Under the pieces are notes generated by a model, which was not told the origin of the DNA, did no database searches, and was given only the letters and a program-made list of their open reading frames with translations. A DNA stretch of 64,000 nt from Nitrospinales bacterium (GTDB lineage: Bacteria > Nitrospinota > Nitrospinia > Nitrospinales > VA-1). Positions within the stretch are counted from its first letter, which is position 1, and each line of letters opens with the position of its first letter. The DNA is taken from NCBI GenBank assembly GCA_965249625.1, contig OZ252246.1, forward strand, positions 2,450,236 to 2,514,235. The letters are read 5' to 3'. This document shows, one piece after another, positions 54,855 through 64,000 of the stretch. The translations under genes and the position numbers were made by a program.

Positions 54855-55520
54855 TTAAGGAGTCATTTCAACCAACTTTTTGATGGTTTTTTCAATGCCT
54901 TCGGCCACTTCCGAGATGCTTTGCCCTGTCATATAGGCCGGGGTCGAGACGATTTTGTTCTCCGCATCCAGCACAAAATCAGTGGTGGCGCAGTCCTGAT
55001 GTTTGCTGCCCATCATTTCGATCTTGCCACTGCATTCCTTGTCGTTGCCGATGGTCAAGACCGGTTTGGCCGGTTCACTTTCATAGATTTTTGCCATCAT
55101 GGCCGGGGCGATGCACAAAACTGCCTGCGGTTTTTGTTTGGCGGCAAACTCCTTCACCAGCCGCATCACTTCCGGGTGGACGTCGCAGTTTTCACCTTTG
55201 ACCGCGAAACTGGAGAGATTTTTTGCCGCGCCGAATCCACCGGGGAACACCAGCGCGTCAATATCATCCGCTTTGACAGTAGCGATATCTTTGATCTCGC
55301 CCCGGGCGATGCGTGCCGCTTCGACCAGAACATTGCGTTTTTCTCCCGCCGCTTCTTCACCCGTGAGATGGTTGACCACATGCATCTGATCGACATTGGG
55401 GGCCATGCACACCGCCTCGGCTCCAGCCCGGTTGATCGCAAGTAAAGTTATGACCGACTCGTGGATCTCCGCACCGTCATACACCCCGCAACCCGAAAGC
55501 ACCACACCAATCTTTTTCAT
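54855..55520 (-). CDS. elbB: ElbB-type DJ-1/PfpI-family protein (glyoxalase III-like / isoprenoid biosynthesis protein ElbB)
   Basis: MKKIGVVLSGCGVYDGAEIHESV start and the CIAP nucleophile-elbow context. Confidence 0.85.
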   Translation of the reverse strand: MKKIGVVLSGCGVYDGAEIHESVITLLAINRAGAEAVCMAPNVDQMHVVNHLTGEEAAGEKRNVLVEAARIARGEIKDIATVKADDIDALVFPGGFGAAKNLSSFAVKGENCDVHPEVMRLVKEFAAKQKPQAVLCIAPAMMAKIYESEPAKPVLTIGNDKECSGKIEMMGSKHQDCATTDFVLDAENKIVSTPAYMTGQSISEVAEGIEKTIKKLVEMTP

Positions 55521-55724
55521 GATTGTCCCCCCATCAAAATAAAAATTGAGTTTAGTTTTAAATTGAAACGTTCAACTAATTTTACCACCCACTGGGCGTG
55601 GGTCCAACTTAAAACCACTCTTAGAAGAAAGGACAAAAAGGGGCTTGGCAATGAGATAACAAATAATTTTCAAAATTGAAGCAAAGGCTGAGTTAACTTC
55701 ACTCACAAGCCAATAAAAAACTAA

Positions 55725-58700
55725 TTACCGTACTTTTTCTTTTTTAGCAGTTAGGGTAGAAGTTTTTTTGAATGGTATACCAAGCCAACCACAAACTTGC
55801 TGCCTGAGTTGATAATCCTCTTCAAAAAGCAAAAAATGCATTGAGGTAAGTATTTGTAAAATTCTATTATTAAAAGGCTCGTTTTTAAGTTCCTTAATTA
55901 AACCTTTTACCTCTGAAGTAGGGAATGACTGAAAATGATCATATTTAATTGAAATATCAACAAACCTGTTTCCAATATTTCCGTCACTTTTCAAAATTTC
56001 CGCGAAGGTCAATCGAAGATTTGGAGAACCAACCGATGAAGATACTTTTTTTATAAAAGAAATAATTGCAATTTGCGAAAGGAAATAAATTAACCCTCTT
56101 ATTAGTTTTTTTATTCTCTTTTCATCTGCCTTTGAATTTTCCTTTTTTATTTCTTCATAAAAACTTTCAATAAAGTCGTCAAGAGAAGACTCTAGGAGAA
56201 CAGAAAAGGATTTAATTGCTCTCATCCCCAAAGCATAACAAGCATTAGCCAAGTCAATTTTTTTCGCACTTTCCAACGAGCCCGCATAACTTCTTAAAAT
56301 TTGACCGGATACTTGAAGAGCTTTTGTAGCTCTGTTAAAATCTGAAGAATCGGAATCAGAACTAACTTCACTTGAGGATCTTTGTTCAATCTCATCTTTT
56401 GCTTTATTTAATTCCTGTCTGACCTCTCTGGGAGAAGTATCCTCTAAATTAATTAACTCAACATCAATTTTGTCATCCAAACCATCTAAAAATTTAAAGT
56501 CCTCAGAAAAATCACAAGGAGGGTATTGTTTAAATGTTCCATTTGTTTGTTCTAGTACCGTCTCAAGAATTAGAGGGTCCTTGCTGAAATGACTTAATAA
56601 TATTATTATGTTTGCATAATCCTCTCTGTGCAGACCGAGAGCAATTTTGTTAAATATGTTTTTGATCTCATCTTCATGGAAATGGTCAGCCAAATACTTT
56701 GCAAGGAAATAGTAAAAAGAAAACTGGTACTTAAAACAAAATAAATTATTTATTTCAGAGAGTATTGTTGCAAAACATAAGTGTTCAACAACCTTACCAA
56801 AATTCAAATTTAATGCGAATTTCTTATTATGCGAATTATGAAATTCTTCGAATTCTTCTTTTCCTATTGCTGTACTTTCATTTTCAAATAATATGTAAGC
56901 CAGCTCTGACAAATAAGTATTTAAAGTTACCAAATCGACCTTGCCAATATTAGACTCCCGAAGCTTGGCAGATATCAAAAACTCAAATAATTCCCCATAC
57001 GACCCGGAAATCAGAATATGCTTTTTATTAGCCTCTATTTGCTGAAGTAATGTCAAAATAAATACAGGGACCGCAGGAAACATCCTTGAAGCCAAAACGC
57101 TTGACAACAATCTATCTATCCGATCAACCTCCCTGATAAACTCCTGCCCATTGCATGAATATTCCTGACCTAAAATCAACCATTTTTCCACCATTTCACA
57201 TCTCAAGTAATTTTTAAATGGCATAATTTCTAAATTGATGAAATCTTTAAATGGATTTTCTTCTTTTTTGGAATATTTCAATTTTTCAAAATTCAAGGAG
57301 TCATCTGCAACTAAAAAGAATTTTGTGAAATATTGCCTTAACTTTTCAACGATTTTCACTTTTCCCGCATCGTTGACTTCAAACAAATGAACATTATCTA
57401 TAATAGCGACTTTTTTCTCCTTTTCTAATTGCCTATATTTTCCCCAATCAGTATTGTCATATTGCTCCACAAAACATTCCTCTATATATTTTTCAAACTT
57501 CCCATCTTTCAACAAGTGTTCATTAAATCTTGAGCCGTCAAAATAAATTGGAACTAACCCATTTTTCCTAAAAATCGAAAAAGCTTGTTTTGTTAATGCC
57601 GTTTTACCAGAAAACCGCTCCCCTACAACCAACAGGTTATTACTTAAAATATAATCTGGGACCTCTTCACTTGAGATATATTTGACCGGGTTAGAATCGC
57701 CTGAAAGGTCCCCTCCTTCCAAACACCTAAGATCCGGAAACACAAATATATCATCAAGGGAAACATGCGACTTTCTTGGATGTGAATATGTAGTTCCTAA
57801 ATCTTCAATGAATTCAGAAATATTCTTTCCAAACTGAAATGTATTTTTGACAAGAACAGGGTTTCTCTTAAACTCTAGCCACTCTGTTGACTTTTCACGA
57901 ATTTCCTTATATCCACATATTTTATTTTCAAATTCATAAAATAATTTCTTTTGCTTTCGGTTTTTAAAATCAATTAAAACTACATTGAAAGAACTATTAA
58001 GTGAGTTTTTGGAGTCATTCAAAACGCCCCCTTCAAAAAATTCATTCCTTGACGAATGAGTAAACTCTTTCGAGAAACTTCCAGGAACATGCTCATGCCC
58101 GGTTAGTATTAAATCTGAGCTTTCTTCCACCATACCTTTAAAAACTCTCGAATTATTAGATTCAAGCCAACTATATGGATGGTGAAAAACTGAGATTATC
58201 AAAGAGTTTGGAGGCGATTTTAAAGTGATTTCAACCGGAAAAAGCAATGTGCCCTGTTGTTCTTTTTTTGTAGAAATCCATGCCGTGTTGAAACAATTTA
58301 TAATAATCTTTTCCTGTTCAAACTCAAATTCGCGAGTCCAATAAATTTTATTTTTTATATTTTGGTCCTCAACTTGCTCAATAAAATTGAAAAAATTTGT
58401 TTGAGGCTCAATTACGATATCTACCAATTCCTTTTTGAATGTTTTTTTATCTTTTATTTTTTCAATAATTGTGTCTCTAACTATATTTTCATTTGATATG
58501 TCACAATCATGATTACCCGGAACAAATATTGTTTTGACTGGGATGTCCTTAAATCTGCTTTCAACCTCACAAAGCAACTCGAAAAAAAACTCTTCAGCTA
58601 TGTCAAATTGTTCTTTTTTACCGGAAAACGAAATATCCCCTGTAAATATTAATAAACAACCTTTGACTTCGGGGTCAACATTTGCGATTGCGTTTATTAA

Positions 58701-58778
58701 ATGTGGGAGTTTTTTATGAATTGGTTCATTGGCCTTTTCAATATGGATATCGCTTAAATGAATTATTTGGATTTTCAT
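55725..58778 (-). CDS. 1017-aa fusion protein: calcineurin-like metallophosphoesterase + P-loop NTPase + ~550-aa helical C-terminal region (candidate single-gene defence/conflict system)
   Basis: All MPE motifs are present: D10-x-H12 (LSDIH), G47-D48 (FTGD), GNHD 88-91, HH 199-200 and GHEH 227-230. Walker A is GERFSGKT (386-393) and Walker B-like is VAIIDN (457-462). The gene is strikingly AT-rich relative to its neighbours. Confidence 0.8.
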   Translation of the reverse strand: MKIQIIHLSDIHIEKANEPIHKKLPHLINAIANVDPEVKGCLLIFTGDISFSGKKEQFDIAEEFFFELLCEVESRFKDIPVKTIFVPGNHDCDISNENIVRDTIIEKIKDKKTFKKELVDIVIEPQTNFFNFIEQVEDQNIKNKIYWTREFEFEQEKIIINCFNTAWISTKKEQQGTLLFPVEITLKSPPNSLIISVFHHPYSWLESNNSRVFKGMVEESSDLILTGHEHVPGSFSKEFTHSSRNEFFEGGVLNDSKNSLNSSFNVVLIDFKNRKQKKLFYEFENKICGYKEIREKSTEWLEFKRNPVLVKNTFQFGKNISEFIEDLGTTYSHPRKSHVSLDDIFVFPDLRCLEGGDLSGDSNPVKYISSEEVPDYILSNNLLVVGERFSGKTALTKQAFSIFRKNGLVPIYFDGSRFNEHLLKDGKFEKYIEECFVEQYDNTDWGKYRQLEKEKKVAIIDNVHLFEVNDAGKVKIVEKLRQYFTKFFLVADDSLNFEKLKYSKKEENPFKDFINLEIMPFKNYLRCEMVEKWLILGQEYSCNGQEFIREVDRIDRLLSSVLASRMFPAVPVFILTLLQQIEANKKHILISGSYGELFEFLISAKLRESNIGKVDLVTLNTYLSELAYILFENESTAIGKEEFEEFHNSHNKKFALNLNFGKVVEHLCFATILSEINNLFCFKYQFSFYYFLAKYLADHFHEDEIKNIFNKIALGLHREDYANIIILLSHFSKDPLILETVLEQTNGTFKQYPPCDFSEDFKFLDGLDDKIDVELINLEDTSPREVRQELNKAKDEIEQRSSSEVSSDSDSSDFNRATKALQVSGQILRSYAGSLESAKKIDLANACYALGMRAIKSFSVLLESSLDDFIESFYEEIKKENSKADEKRIKKLIRGLIYFLSQIAIISFIKKVSSSVGSPNLRLTFAEILKSDGNIGNRFVDISIKYDHFQSFPTSEVKGLIKELKNEPFNNRILQILTSMHFLLFEEDYQLRQQVCGWLGIPFKKTSTLTAKKEKVR

Positions 58779-58917
58779 AGCCTTACCTTAAAGAAAATCA
58801 ATTCCGAATTTGGATGCTACTCCGTTTTTGGGGGAAATGCTAGTGAGTAACCCTTCAATCGTCTCCGGATTACTTATAGGCGGTCGCGGGAGCGTCACCG
58901 CCAAACTGGCCCCGCGC

Positions 58918-60651
58918 CTAGCGGCGGGTAATTGGAAGGCGCCTGTCTTTGCCGAAGGCTTTGGGGGTGATTTTTACGCCCGGGGGACCCTGCCGGCGTT
59001 TGTATTCATTAAGATCCACCAGCCGCGCGATGCGCTGGATTTCGGATTTGGAAAGTCCCTTCACCTTTATTTCGTCGACCGGCAAATCTTCTTCGATATA
59101 ACGCAACAGGACCGGGTCGAGCAGGTCGTAAGGCGGTAACGAGTCGGTGTCTTTTTGATCGGGTCGAAGTTCCGCCGAAGGTTCTTTGGTGAGAACATTG
59201 CTGGGGATGATTTCTGTTTCTTCGTTGAGCCAATGAGAAAGTTTATAGACGAGGATTTTCGGCACGTCTTTGATCACGGCGAATCCGCCAGCCATATCGC
59301 CATAGAGCGTGCAGTAACCGACACTGACTTCCGATTTGTTGCCCGTCGTTAAAACCATCCAGCCGAATTTGTTGGACAGCGCCATCAATATATTGCCGCG
59401 AATGCGAGCCTGCAGGTTTTCTTCCGCCAGACCGGATTCTGTATCTTTGAATAATTTTTTCAGCGTGTATTCGTAAGCCTTCATGGCCCCGGCGATGGGA
59501 AAGATGTACTTCTTTATCCCCAGGTTTTTCGCCAGCGTTTTGGAATCGTCGATACTGCCCTGGGAGGAATGGAGAGACGGCATCAGCACACCAATTACGT
59601 TTTCGGCGCCCAATGCCCCTACCGCTATAGCGGCGGTCAGGGATGAATCGATGCCGCCGCTCAAACCCAGAACCACTTTGGAGAATCCGTTTTTGTGAAT
59701 ATAGTCGCGGGTGCCCAGCACCAGAGCGGAATAAACTTCCTCCTCTTCCGACCTGTCCTGATAGGTATGCGCGGGAAGTGCTGGAACTTTTTTTGCTTTT
59801 TCTTTCGATAACGATGCAGGGGCCTTGACGCTTTTAATTCCCGAAGCCTTCGTCTTATTTGATTTCGGCGACAAGGTCACGTCGGCAAAAATGATTTCTT
59901 CCTCGAAGGAGTTTCCCTGCGTGATGATTTTTCCTTTAGCGTCCACCACCAGACTCTCGCCGTCGAACACCAGTTCGTCCTGCCCGCCGACCAGGTTGAC
60001 ATAGGCAATCGGGCATTTATAACTTTTGGCGCGTTTGATGATTATTTGCCGTCGAGCTTTGCCCTTGCCTTTGTGGTAAGGCGAGGAAGAGATATTGAGC
60101 AGAAGGTCAATATGTTTGCTTAAAGTTTTCCCTGGTCCCGATTCTTCCCAGATGTCTTCGCAGATGGTCAGTCCAATCTGCACTCCTTTTAAAGAAAAGC
60201 GCAGGGGTTCGTCGCCTTCGCTGAAGTAGCGTTTTTCATCGAACACGCCGTAATTGGGCAGGAGCATTTTGCGGGCAGTTGCCACATGTTTGCCATCGTG
60301 TATCAGGGCGGCAGAGTTATAAAGATGTTTGCCTTGTTGTTCGGCGAATCCGATCACGGCTGTCAGACCACGTGTGCAGGGAGCGATTTTTTTTAAAGTT
60401 TGCCGGCAATCTTTGATGAAACTTTTTTTCAGCAGTAAATCTTCCGGCGGGTAACCGGTGATCATCAGTTCCGGGAACAGCACCACATCGGCGCCCATTT
60501 TCAGGGCTGTGGCGCAGGCCGATTCCACCTTCCTGGCATTGGCCTCGAATCCCCCGACCAGTCCGTTAACCTGGGCCAGGGCAAGGCGAACTCCCTCCCG
60601 AGAGACGGGTGTCTGGCTCTTTCTCGATTTAGAGACTTTTTTTATAGCCAT
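58918..60651 (-). CDS. nadE: Glutamine-dependent NAD+ synthetase
   Basis: N-terminal CN-hydrolase domain (FPEL..., CEDIW) and a C-terminal synthetase domain with the LGLSGGIDSS PP-loop. Confidence 0.9.
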   Translation of the reverse strand: MAIKKVSKSRKSQTPVSREGVRLALAQVNGLVGGFEANARKVESACATALKMGADVVLFPELMITGYPPEDLLLKKSFIKDCRQTLKKIAPCTRGLTAVIGFAEQQGKHLYNSAALIHDGKHVATARKMLLPNYGVFDEKRYFSEGDEPLRFSLKGVQIGLTICEDIWEESGPGKTLSKHIDLLLNISSSPYHKGKGKARRQIIIKRAKSYKCPIAYVNLVGGQDELVFDGESLVVDAKGKIITQGNSFEEEIIFADVTLSPKSNKTKASGIKSVKAPASLSKEKAKKVPALPAHTYQDRSEEEEVYSALVLGTRDYIHKNGFSKVVLGLSGGIDSSLTAAIAVGALGAENVIGVLMPSLHSSQGSIDDSKTLAKNLGIKKYIFPIAGAMKAYEYTLKKLFKDTESGLAEENLQARIRGNILMALSNKFGWMVLTTGNKSEVSVGYCTLYGDMAGGFAVIKDVPKILVYKLSHWLNEETEIIPSNVLTKEPSAELRPDQKDTDSLPPYDLLDPVLLRYIEEDLPVDEIKVKGLSKSEIQRIARLVDLNEYKRRQGPPGVKITPKAFGKDRRLPITRR

Positions 60652-60740
60652 AATATATGAATGGGTGTTTTGAGTATCTTTAGATTATACTATGCTTCTG
60701 AACAAACCCAATTCAATATTGAGGCATCATAAGAACGATC

Positions 60741-61187
60741 ATGAGCGAAACTGAATCTAATTCCGCTGAAGAAAGCATCAAGCACTCCATTCGCAAGAAT
60801 GGGTTTCCGGAGAAGATTGTCCGCCTGCCTTTTAAGCCAGTTTATGATGCCTGTAAAAAACACGGGACCTCGTTGTCGGATGTTTTGGACAAACTTCAGG
60901 ATGAACAGATTTTCGGCAAAATCACTGGCAACCATCTTGAGTTCCGCTCGCGGGAGAAAATTGATTTCAAGGTGCCAGCCGAAAATGCTCCGGCCTCCGA
61001 CAAGTTTTCATGGATCAAGGGTGCCGCCAACCTGAAAGGGTTTCAGGAAGCCGCCAAGAACGCCATGGGAGAAATGACAGCGGAAAAATTAGCCGAAGCC
61101 CGCAAAATGATCAATGGTATGAGCGATGAAGAAAAAATGAATATGCTGAAAATGTTCGCCCAGCGCTTTGATCCCGGAAAAAAATAA
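60741..61187 (+). CDS. Hypothetical protein
   Basis: 148-aa ORF with plausible coding character. No recognisable motif. Confidence 0.45.
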   Translation: MSETESNSAEESIKHSIRKNGFPEKIVRLPFKPVYDACKKHGTSLSDVLDKLQDEQIFGKITGNHLEFRSREKIDFKVPAENAPASDKFSWIKGAANLKGFQEAAKNAMGEMTAEKLAEARKMINGMSDEEKMNMLKMFAQRFDPGKK

Positions 61188-61208
61188 CCAGAGAATATAA
61201 ATCACACG

Positions 61209-62066
61209 ATGTTAATTTTCGCTAAAGATATCAGTCAACGCGACCACCGGCACGCGCTGGAAGACAAGCTGCCTGAATTGAAACAGTATATGGAATACCA
61301 GCGCAAACTGTTTCCCTACACAATAGTGCGGGCGGGACTGGACCTGGCATACAAGGAACTCGACGATATTATGAATTTTGTCGACAACGATTATCGACCG
61401 CCGGCAGACTCTTCGAGGCAGGAATACCCCGCTGATGTCGATCAATGGTATAAAAGCCGGTTTCCCTGGTCATCGGCCTTTCTGAAAATGGAGGACATGC
61501 ATTTCGCCCTGGTCATTCTCGTCAAGGCGATGGATTCGTTTCGCACTCACGAATCGGCCAACACCTATCACTGGGCCGTGCTCTATGATTCCGTTCATAA
61601 TATCGTTCAGGTTTACAACGACCTGATTCGGAACGACCCTGGTAATTCCCGTGATATTCATTTGAGCAATGCAGTGGAAGTCAACTTCGATGACTTCATC
61701 AACAACTACTGGCATGATCTGGATTTCATGATTTTTTCCCAGGCCGATTATCCTCACGCCCGGCATCAGGAAAGAAAAAATTCTATAGAAGAAGAAATCC
61801 AGGACATCATGTCGGAAGGTGTGGAGCCCCTGACCGCCCTGGAAAAACTGGACACCCCGCTCGACGCGTCCACTTTAAAACTTCTCCGGCGCGACCCGGT
61901 CGAAACCCGGTCTCTGGAATTAAAAAGCGTTCCGGATACCGGCAAAGAGTTCAACAAAATCCATAAAGAATATTTGGAAGACCCTCAACACGGCAGGTTG
62001 AGTGTTATTGATGCGGAATATATTGTTAGTTGTGGACACGCTCCCACCCCTGTGGGAGGGAGTTAG
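61209..62066 (+). CDS. Hypothetical protein
   Basis: 285-aa ORF 21 nt downstream of the previous gene. No recognisable motif. Confidence 0.45.
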   Translation: MLIFAKDISQRDHRHALEDKLPELKQYMEYQRKLFPYTIVRAGLDLAYKELDDIMNFVDNDYRPPADSSRQEYPADVDQWYKSRFPWSSAFLKMEDMHFALVILVKAMDSFRTHESANTYHWAVLYDSVHNIVQVYNDLIRNDPGNSRDIHLSNAVEVNFDDFINNYWHDLDFMIFSQADYPHARHQERKNSIEEEIQDIMSEGVEPLTALEKLDTPLDASTLKLLRRDPVETRSLELKSVPDTGKEFNKIHKEYLEDPQHGRLSVIDAEYIVSCGHAPTPVGGS

Positions 62067-62244
62067 CGTAGCCTTGTTACAACCTACCTGCGGAGTTTTC
62101 CGCCCACTCACCGTGGAGGCAATGAGCAAGAACTCCTTAAGCCGCGAATAGTATCCCAGACGCAACCTCTGGGTAAAGTCCCATTCAGTTGAAACGGAAC
62201 AATGCCACACCCGATGGTTCAAGGTGCTGAAAAACTCCCGAAGT

Positions 62245-62950
62245 TGTCATCCTTGAGGAGCCGAAGCATTCAGAATGACAATACAAGGCTATTTTGTCAT
62301 TCTGAGGAACAACGTGACGAAGAATCCCGCCTTGCATAGACCCGGGATTACCCCTTCGGGGCACGAAGGTTAAGGAAAAATATCACGTCTTCACGGAGCC
62401 TGTGCTGAGCGAAGCCGAAGCATTCAGAATGACAATACAAGGCTATTTTGTCATTCTGAGGAACAACGTGACGAAGAATCCCGCCTTGCATAGACCCGGG
62501 ATTACCCCTTCGGGGCATGAAGTTTAATGAGGAGGATATCACATACCCCTTCGGGGCACGAAGGTTAAGGAAAAATATCACGTCTTCACGGAACCTGTGC
62601 TGAGCGAAGCCGAAGCATTCAGAATGACAATACAAGGCTATTTTGTCATTCTGAGGAACAACGTGACGAAGAATCTCGCCTTGCATAGACCCGGGATTAC
62701 CCCTTCGGGGCATGAATTTAGCGGAGGGGATATCACAGGCTCACGAAGGTTAAGGAAAAATATCACGTCTTCACGGAGCCCGTGCTGAGCGAAGCCGAAG
62801 CATTCAGAATGACAATACAAGGCTATTTTGTCATTCTGAGGAACAACGTGACGAAGAATCTCGCCTTGCACTAACCCTGAGATTCTTCACTTCGTTCAGA
62901 ATGACAATGCGGAGCCTGTGCTGAGCCCGCCGAAGCATTCAGAATGACAC
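62245..62950. repeat. Tandem array of family A MITE modules (four full units plus one partial, unit length about 150-195 bp)
   Basis: The unit GCCGAAGCATTCAGAATGACAATACAAGGCTATTTTGTCATTCTGAGGAACAACGTGACGAAGAATC.CGCCTTGCATAGACCCGGGATTACCCCTTCGGGGCA.GAAGGTTAAGGAAAAATATCACGTCTTCACGGAGCCTGTGCTGAGCGAA starts at about 62260, 62413, 62609, 62794 and 62929. Confidence 0.8.
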
Positions 62951-63093
62951 CCAAAAATAGTTTTTCAGCACCCTGCCAGTACCCAATTTGATGAATTTTT
63001 ATACAACCTTTTCCCCTGTCACACATCACACCCAGGTTGAGTTGCACGCTAAAGAATTTCACTTTGACAACGGGCAGGACCAGTCCGTGCGGA

Positions 63094-64000
63094 TTATTTG
63101 CTTGATGGTTTCCAGTCTCTTGCCATTTCCTGCGCCTTTTCTATTTGGGCTGGAGACATTAGCTTTTCCACCGTGTTTCTCATCTTTATGGCGTCTTTGT
63201 CCCCCTTAGAAGCCGCGAGATTGAACCACATATGCGCTGACATGTAGTCTTGTGGAACTCCTTTTCCCTGGTACATCGCACCCAGGCTGTTTTGCGCGTA
63301 AATATGTCCCTGTTCCGCTGCAAGACGATACCATTTAACTGCTTCCTGATCGTCTTGTCGAACTCCTTCTCCCTTCTGATACATCACACCCAGTTTGTAT
63401 GCGTAATCACCGCCATTTTCCGCTGCAAGACGAAACCATTTAAGTGCTTCCTGGTAGACTTGTGGAACTCCCCATCCATGGCGATACATCTCACCCAGGT
63501 CGTATTGCGCGGAAGCATTTCCCTGTTCCGCTGCAAGACGAAACCATTTAAGTGCTTCCTGGTCGTCTTCTGGAACTCCCCATCCATAGCGATGCATCGT
63601 ACCTAGGTTGTTTTGCGCTAGAGCATTTCCCTGTTCCACTGCAAGACGAAACCATTTAAGTGCTTCCTGGTCGTCTTCTGGAACTCCCCGTCCATAGCGA
63701 TGCATCGTACCCAGGTTGTTTTGCGCTCGAGCATTTCCCTGTTCCGCTGCAAGACGAAACCATTTAAGTGCTTCCTGGTCGTCTTCTGGAACTCCCCGTC
63801 CATAGCGATACATCGTACCCAGGTTGTTTTGCGCTAGAGCATTTCCCTGTCTCGCTAATAGAAACCATAGCTTGTATGCTGTTCTATAGTCTTTTCTGTC
63901 ATACGCATCATACGCATCATACACATCGATACTATCCTGGGGGTCATCACCGGGGTCATCACCAAACGCGGGAGAAGAACTGCAAAACAGAAAAACAACA
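63094..64000 (-). CDS. Sel1-like repeat (SLR/TPR-like) lipoprotein, 5' end outside the window
   Basis: At least 7 Sel1 repeats (A..WYRLAAEQG.A.AQ..LG.MY..G.GV.QD). The frame stays open to the window edge and reads VVFLFC-SSSPAFGDD, a lipobox-like signal end. Confidence 0.8.
   Translation of the reverse strand, partial: VVFLFCSSSPAFGDDPGDDPQDSIDVYDAYDAYDRKDYRTAYKLWFLLARQGNALAQNNLGTMYRYGRGVPEDDQEALKWFRLAAEQGNARAQNNLGTMHRYGRGVPEDDQEALKWFRLAVEQGNALAQNNLGTMHRYGWGVPEDDQEALKWFRLAAEQGNASAQYDLGEMYRHGWGVPQVYQEALKWFRLAAENGGDYAYKLGVMYQKGEGVRQDDQEAVKWYRLAAEQGHIYAQNSLGAMYQGKGVPQDYMSAHMWFNLAASKGDKDAIKMRNTVEKLMSPAQIEKAQEMARDWKPSSK

Noticed and set aside
54789-55445. 218-aa plus-strand ORF
   Set aside because: Antisense shadow of elbB; Gly/His/Arg/Phe-rich with no motif.
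58810-59139. 109-aa plus-strand ORF downstream of the metallophosphoesterase-NTPase gene (possible partner gene)
   Set aside because: Most of it is antisense to the 3' end of nadE, and its GC content matches nadE rather than the AT-rich insert. It is unlikely to be a second component of the inserted system.
62348-62871. 121-aa and 77-aa ORFs in the repeat array
   Set aside because: Their sequences are internally duplicated because they read through tandem MITE units. The same peptides appear in the chimeric ORF at 37331-37615. They are not genes.
62245-62950. Possible CRISPR array
   Set aside because: Units are 150-195 bp, not 25-40 bp. There are no unique spacers between them, no cas genes, and the units are homologous to dispersed MITE copies.

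Overview
The window looks like a bacterial chromosome of Gram-negative type, with about 55 supportable CDS. I found no rRNA, tRNA or CRISPR array by eye.

Housekeeping backbone:
- glnD (3' part)
- pheA-tyrA-cmk-rpsA-sppA-ihfB-aroC
- rpoH-fumC
- nadA
- dinG-like helicase
- pyrF
- smc
- elbB
- nadE

Accessory islets interrupting the backbone:
1. 2.2-6.4 kb: an XRE regulator, an MmeI-family type IIL restriction-modification enzyme and higBA.
2. 22.5-29.0 kb: a Pup/UBact-type proteasome cluster (mpa-dop-prcA-modifier-prcB-pafA). Its 58-aa modifier gene is too short for the ORF track; I found it by hand at 24840..25016.
3. 34.6-37.6 kb: a decaying toxin-antitoxin and MITE landing zone. It holds hicBA with a frameshifted hicA, a vapC remnant and a carbamoyltransferase stub cut off by a MITE.
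4. 40.4-49.2 kb: an AT-rich three-gene island. It encodes a 1428-aa type IIG-like N6-adenine methyltransferase whose own nuclease motif looks dead. A single-HKD (PLD-family) nuclease is translationally coupled to it. An HKD-SNF2 helicase follows, split by one homopolymer frameshift.
5. 55.7-58.8 kb: a very AT-rich single gene wedged between elbB and nadE. It encodes a 1017-aa calcineurin-like metallophosphoesterase + P-loop NTPase + large helical C-terminal region.

Items 5 and 4 are my top candidates for an undescribed defence-type system.

Repeats: the window is also peppered with structured repeats. A roughly 210-230 bp MITE family shows clean 9-bp target-site duplications, including one insertion nested in another palindromic repeat and one tandem array at 62.2-63.0 kb. 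There is also a second repeat family of about 105 bp, plus short REP-like hairpins.

Gene disruptions:
- Two otherwise intact genes (a cytochrome c and a CBS-pair gene) carry single in-frame TGA codons.
- At least three frame disruptions sit on homopolymer runs, so assembly error must be excluded before calling them pseudogenes.

Limits: all functional calls rest on motif recognition from the translated ORFs. No database search or computation was run.
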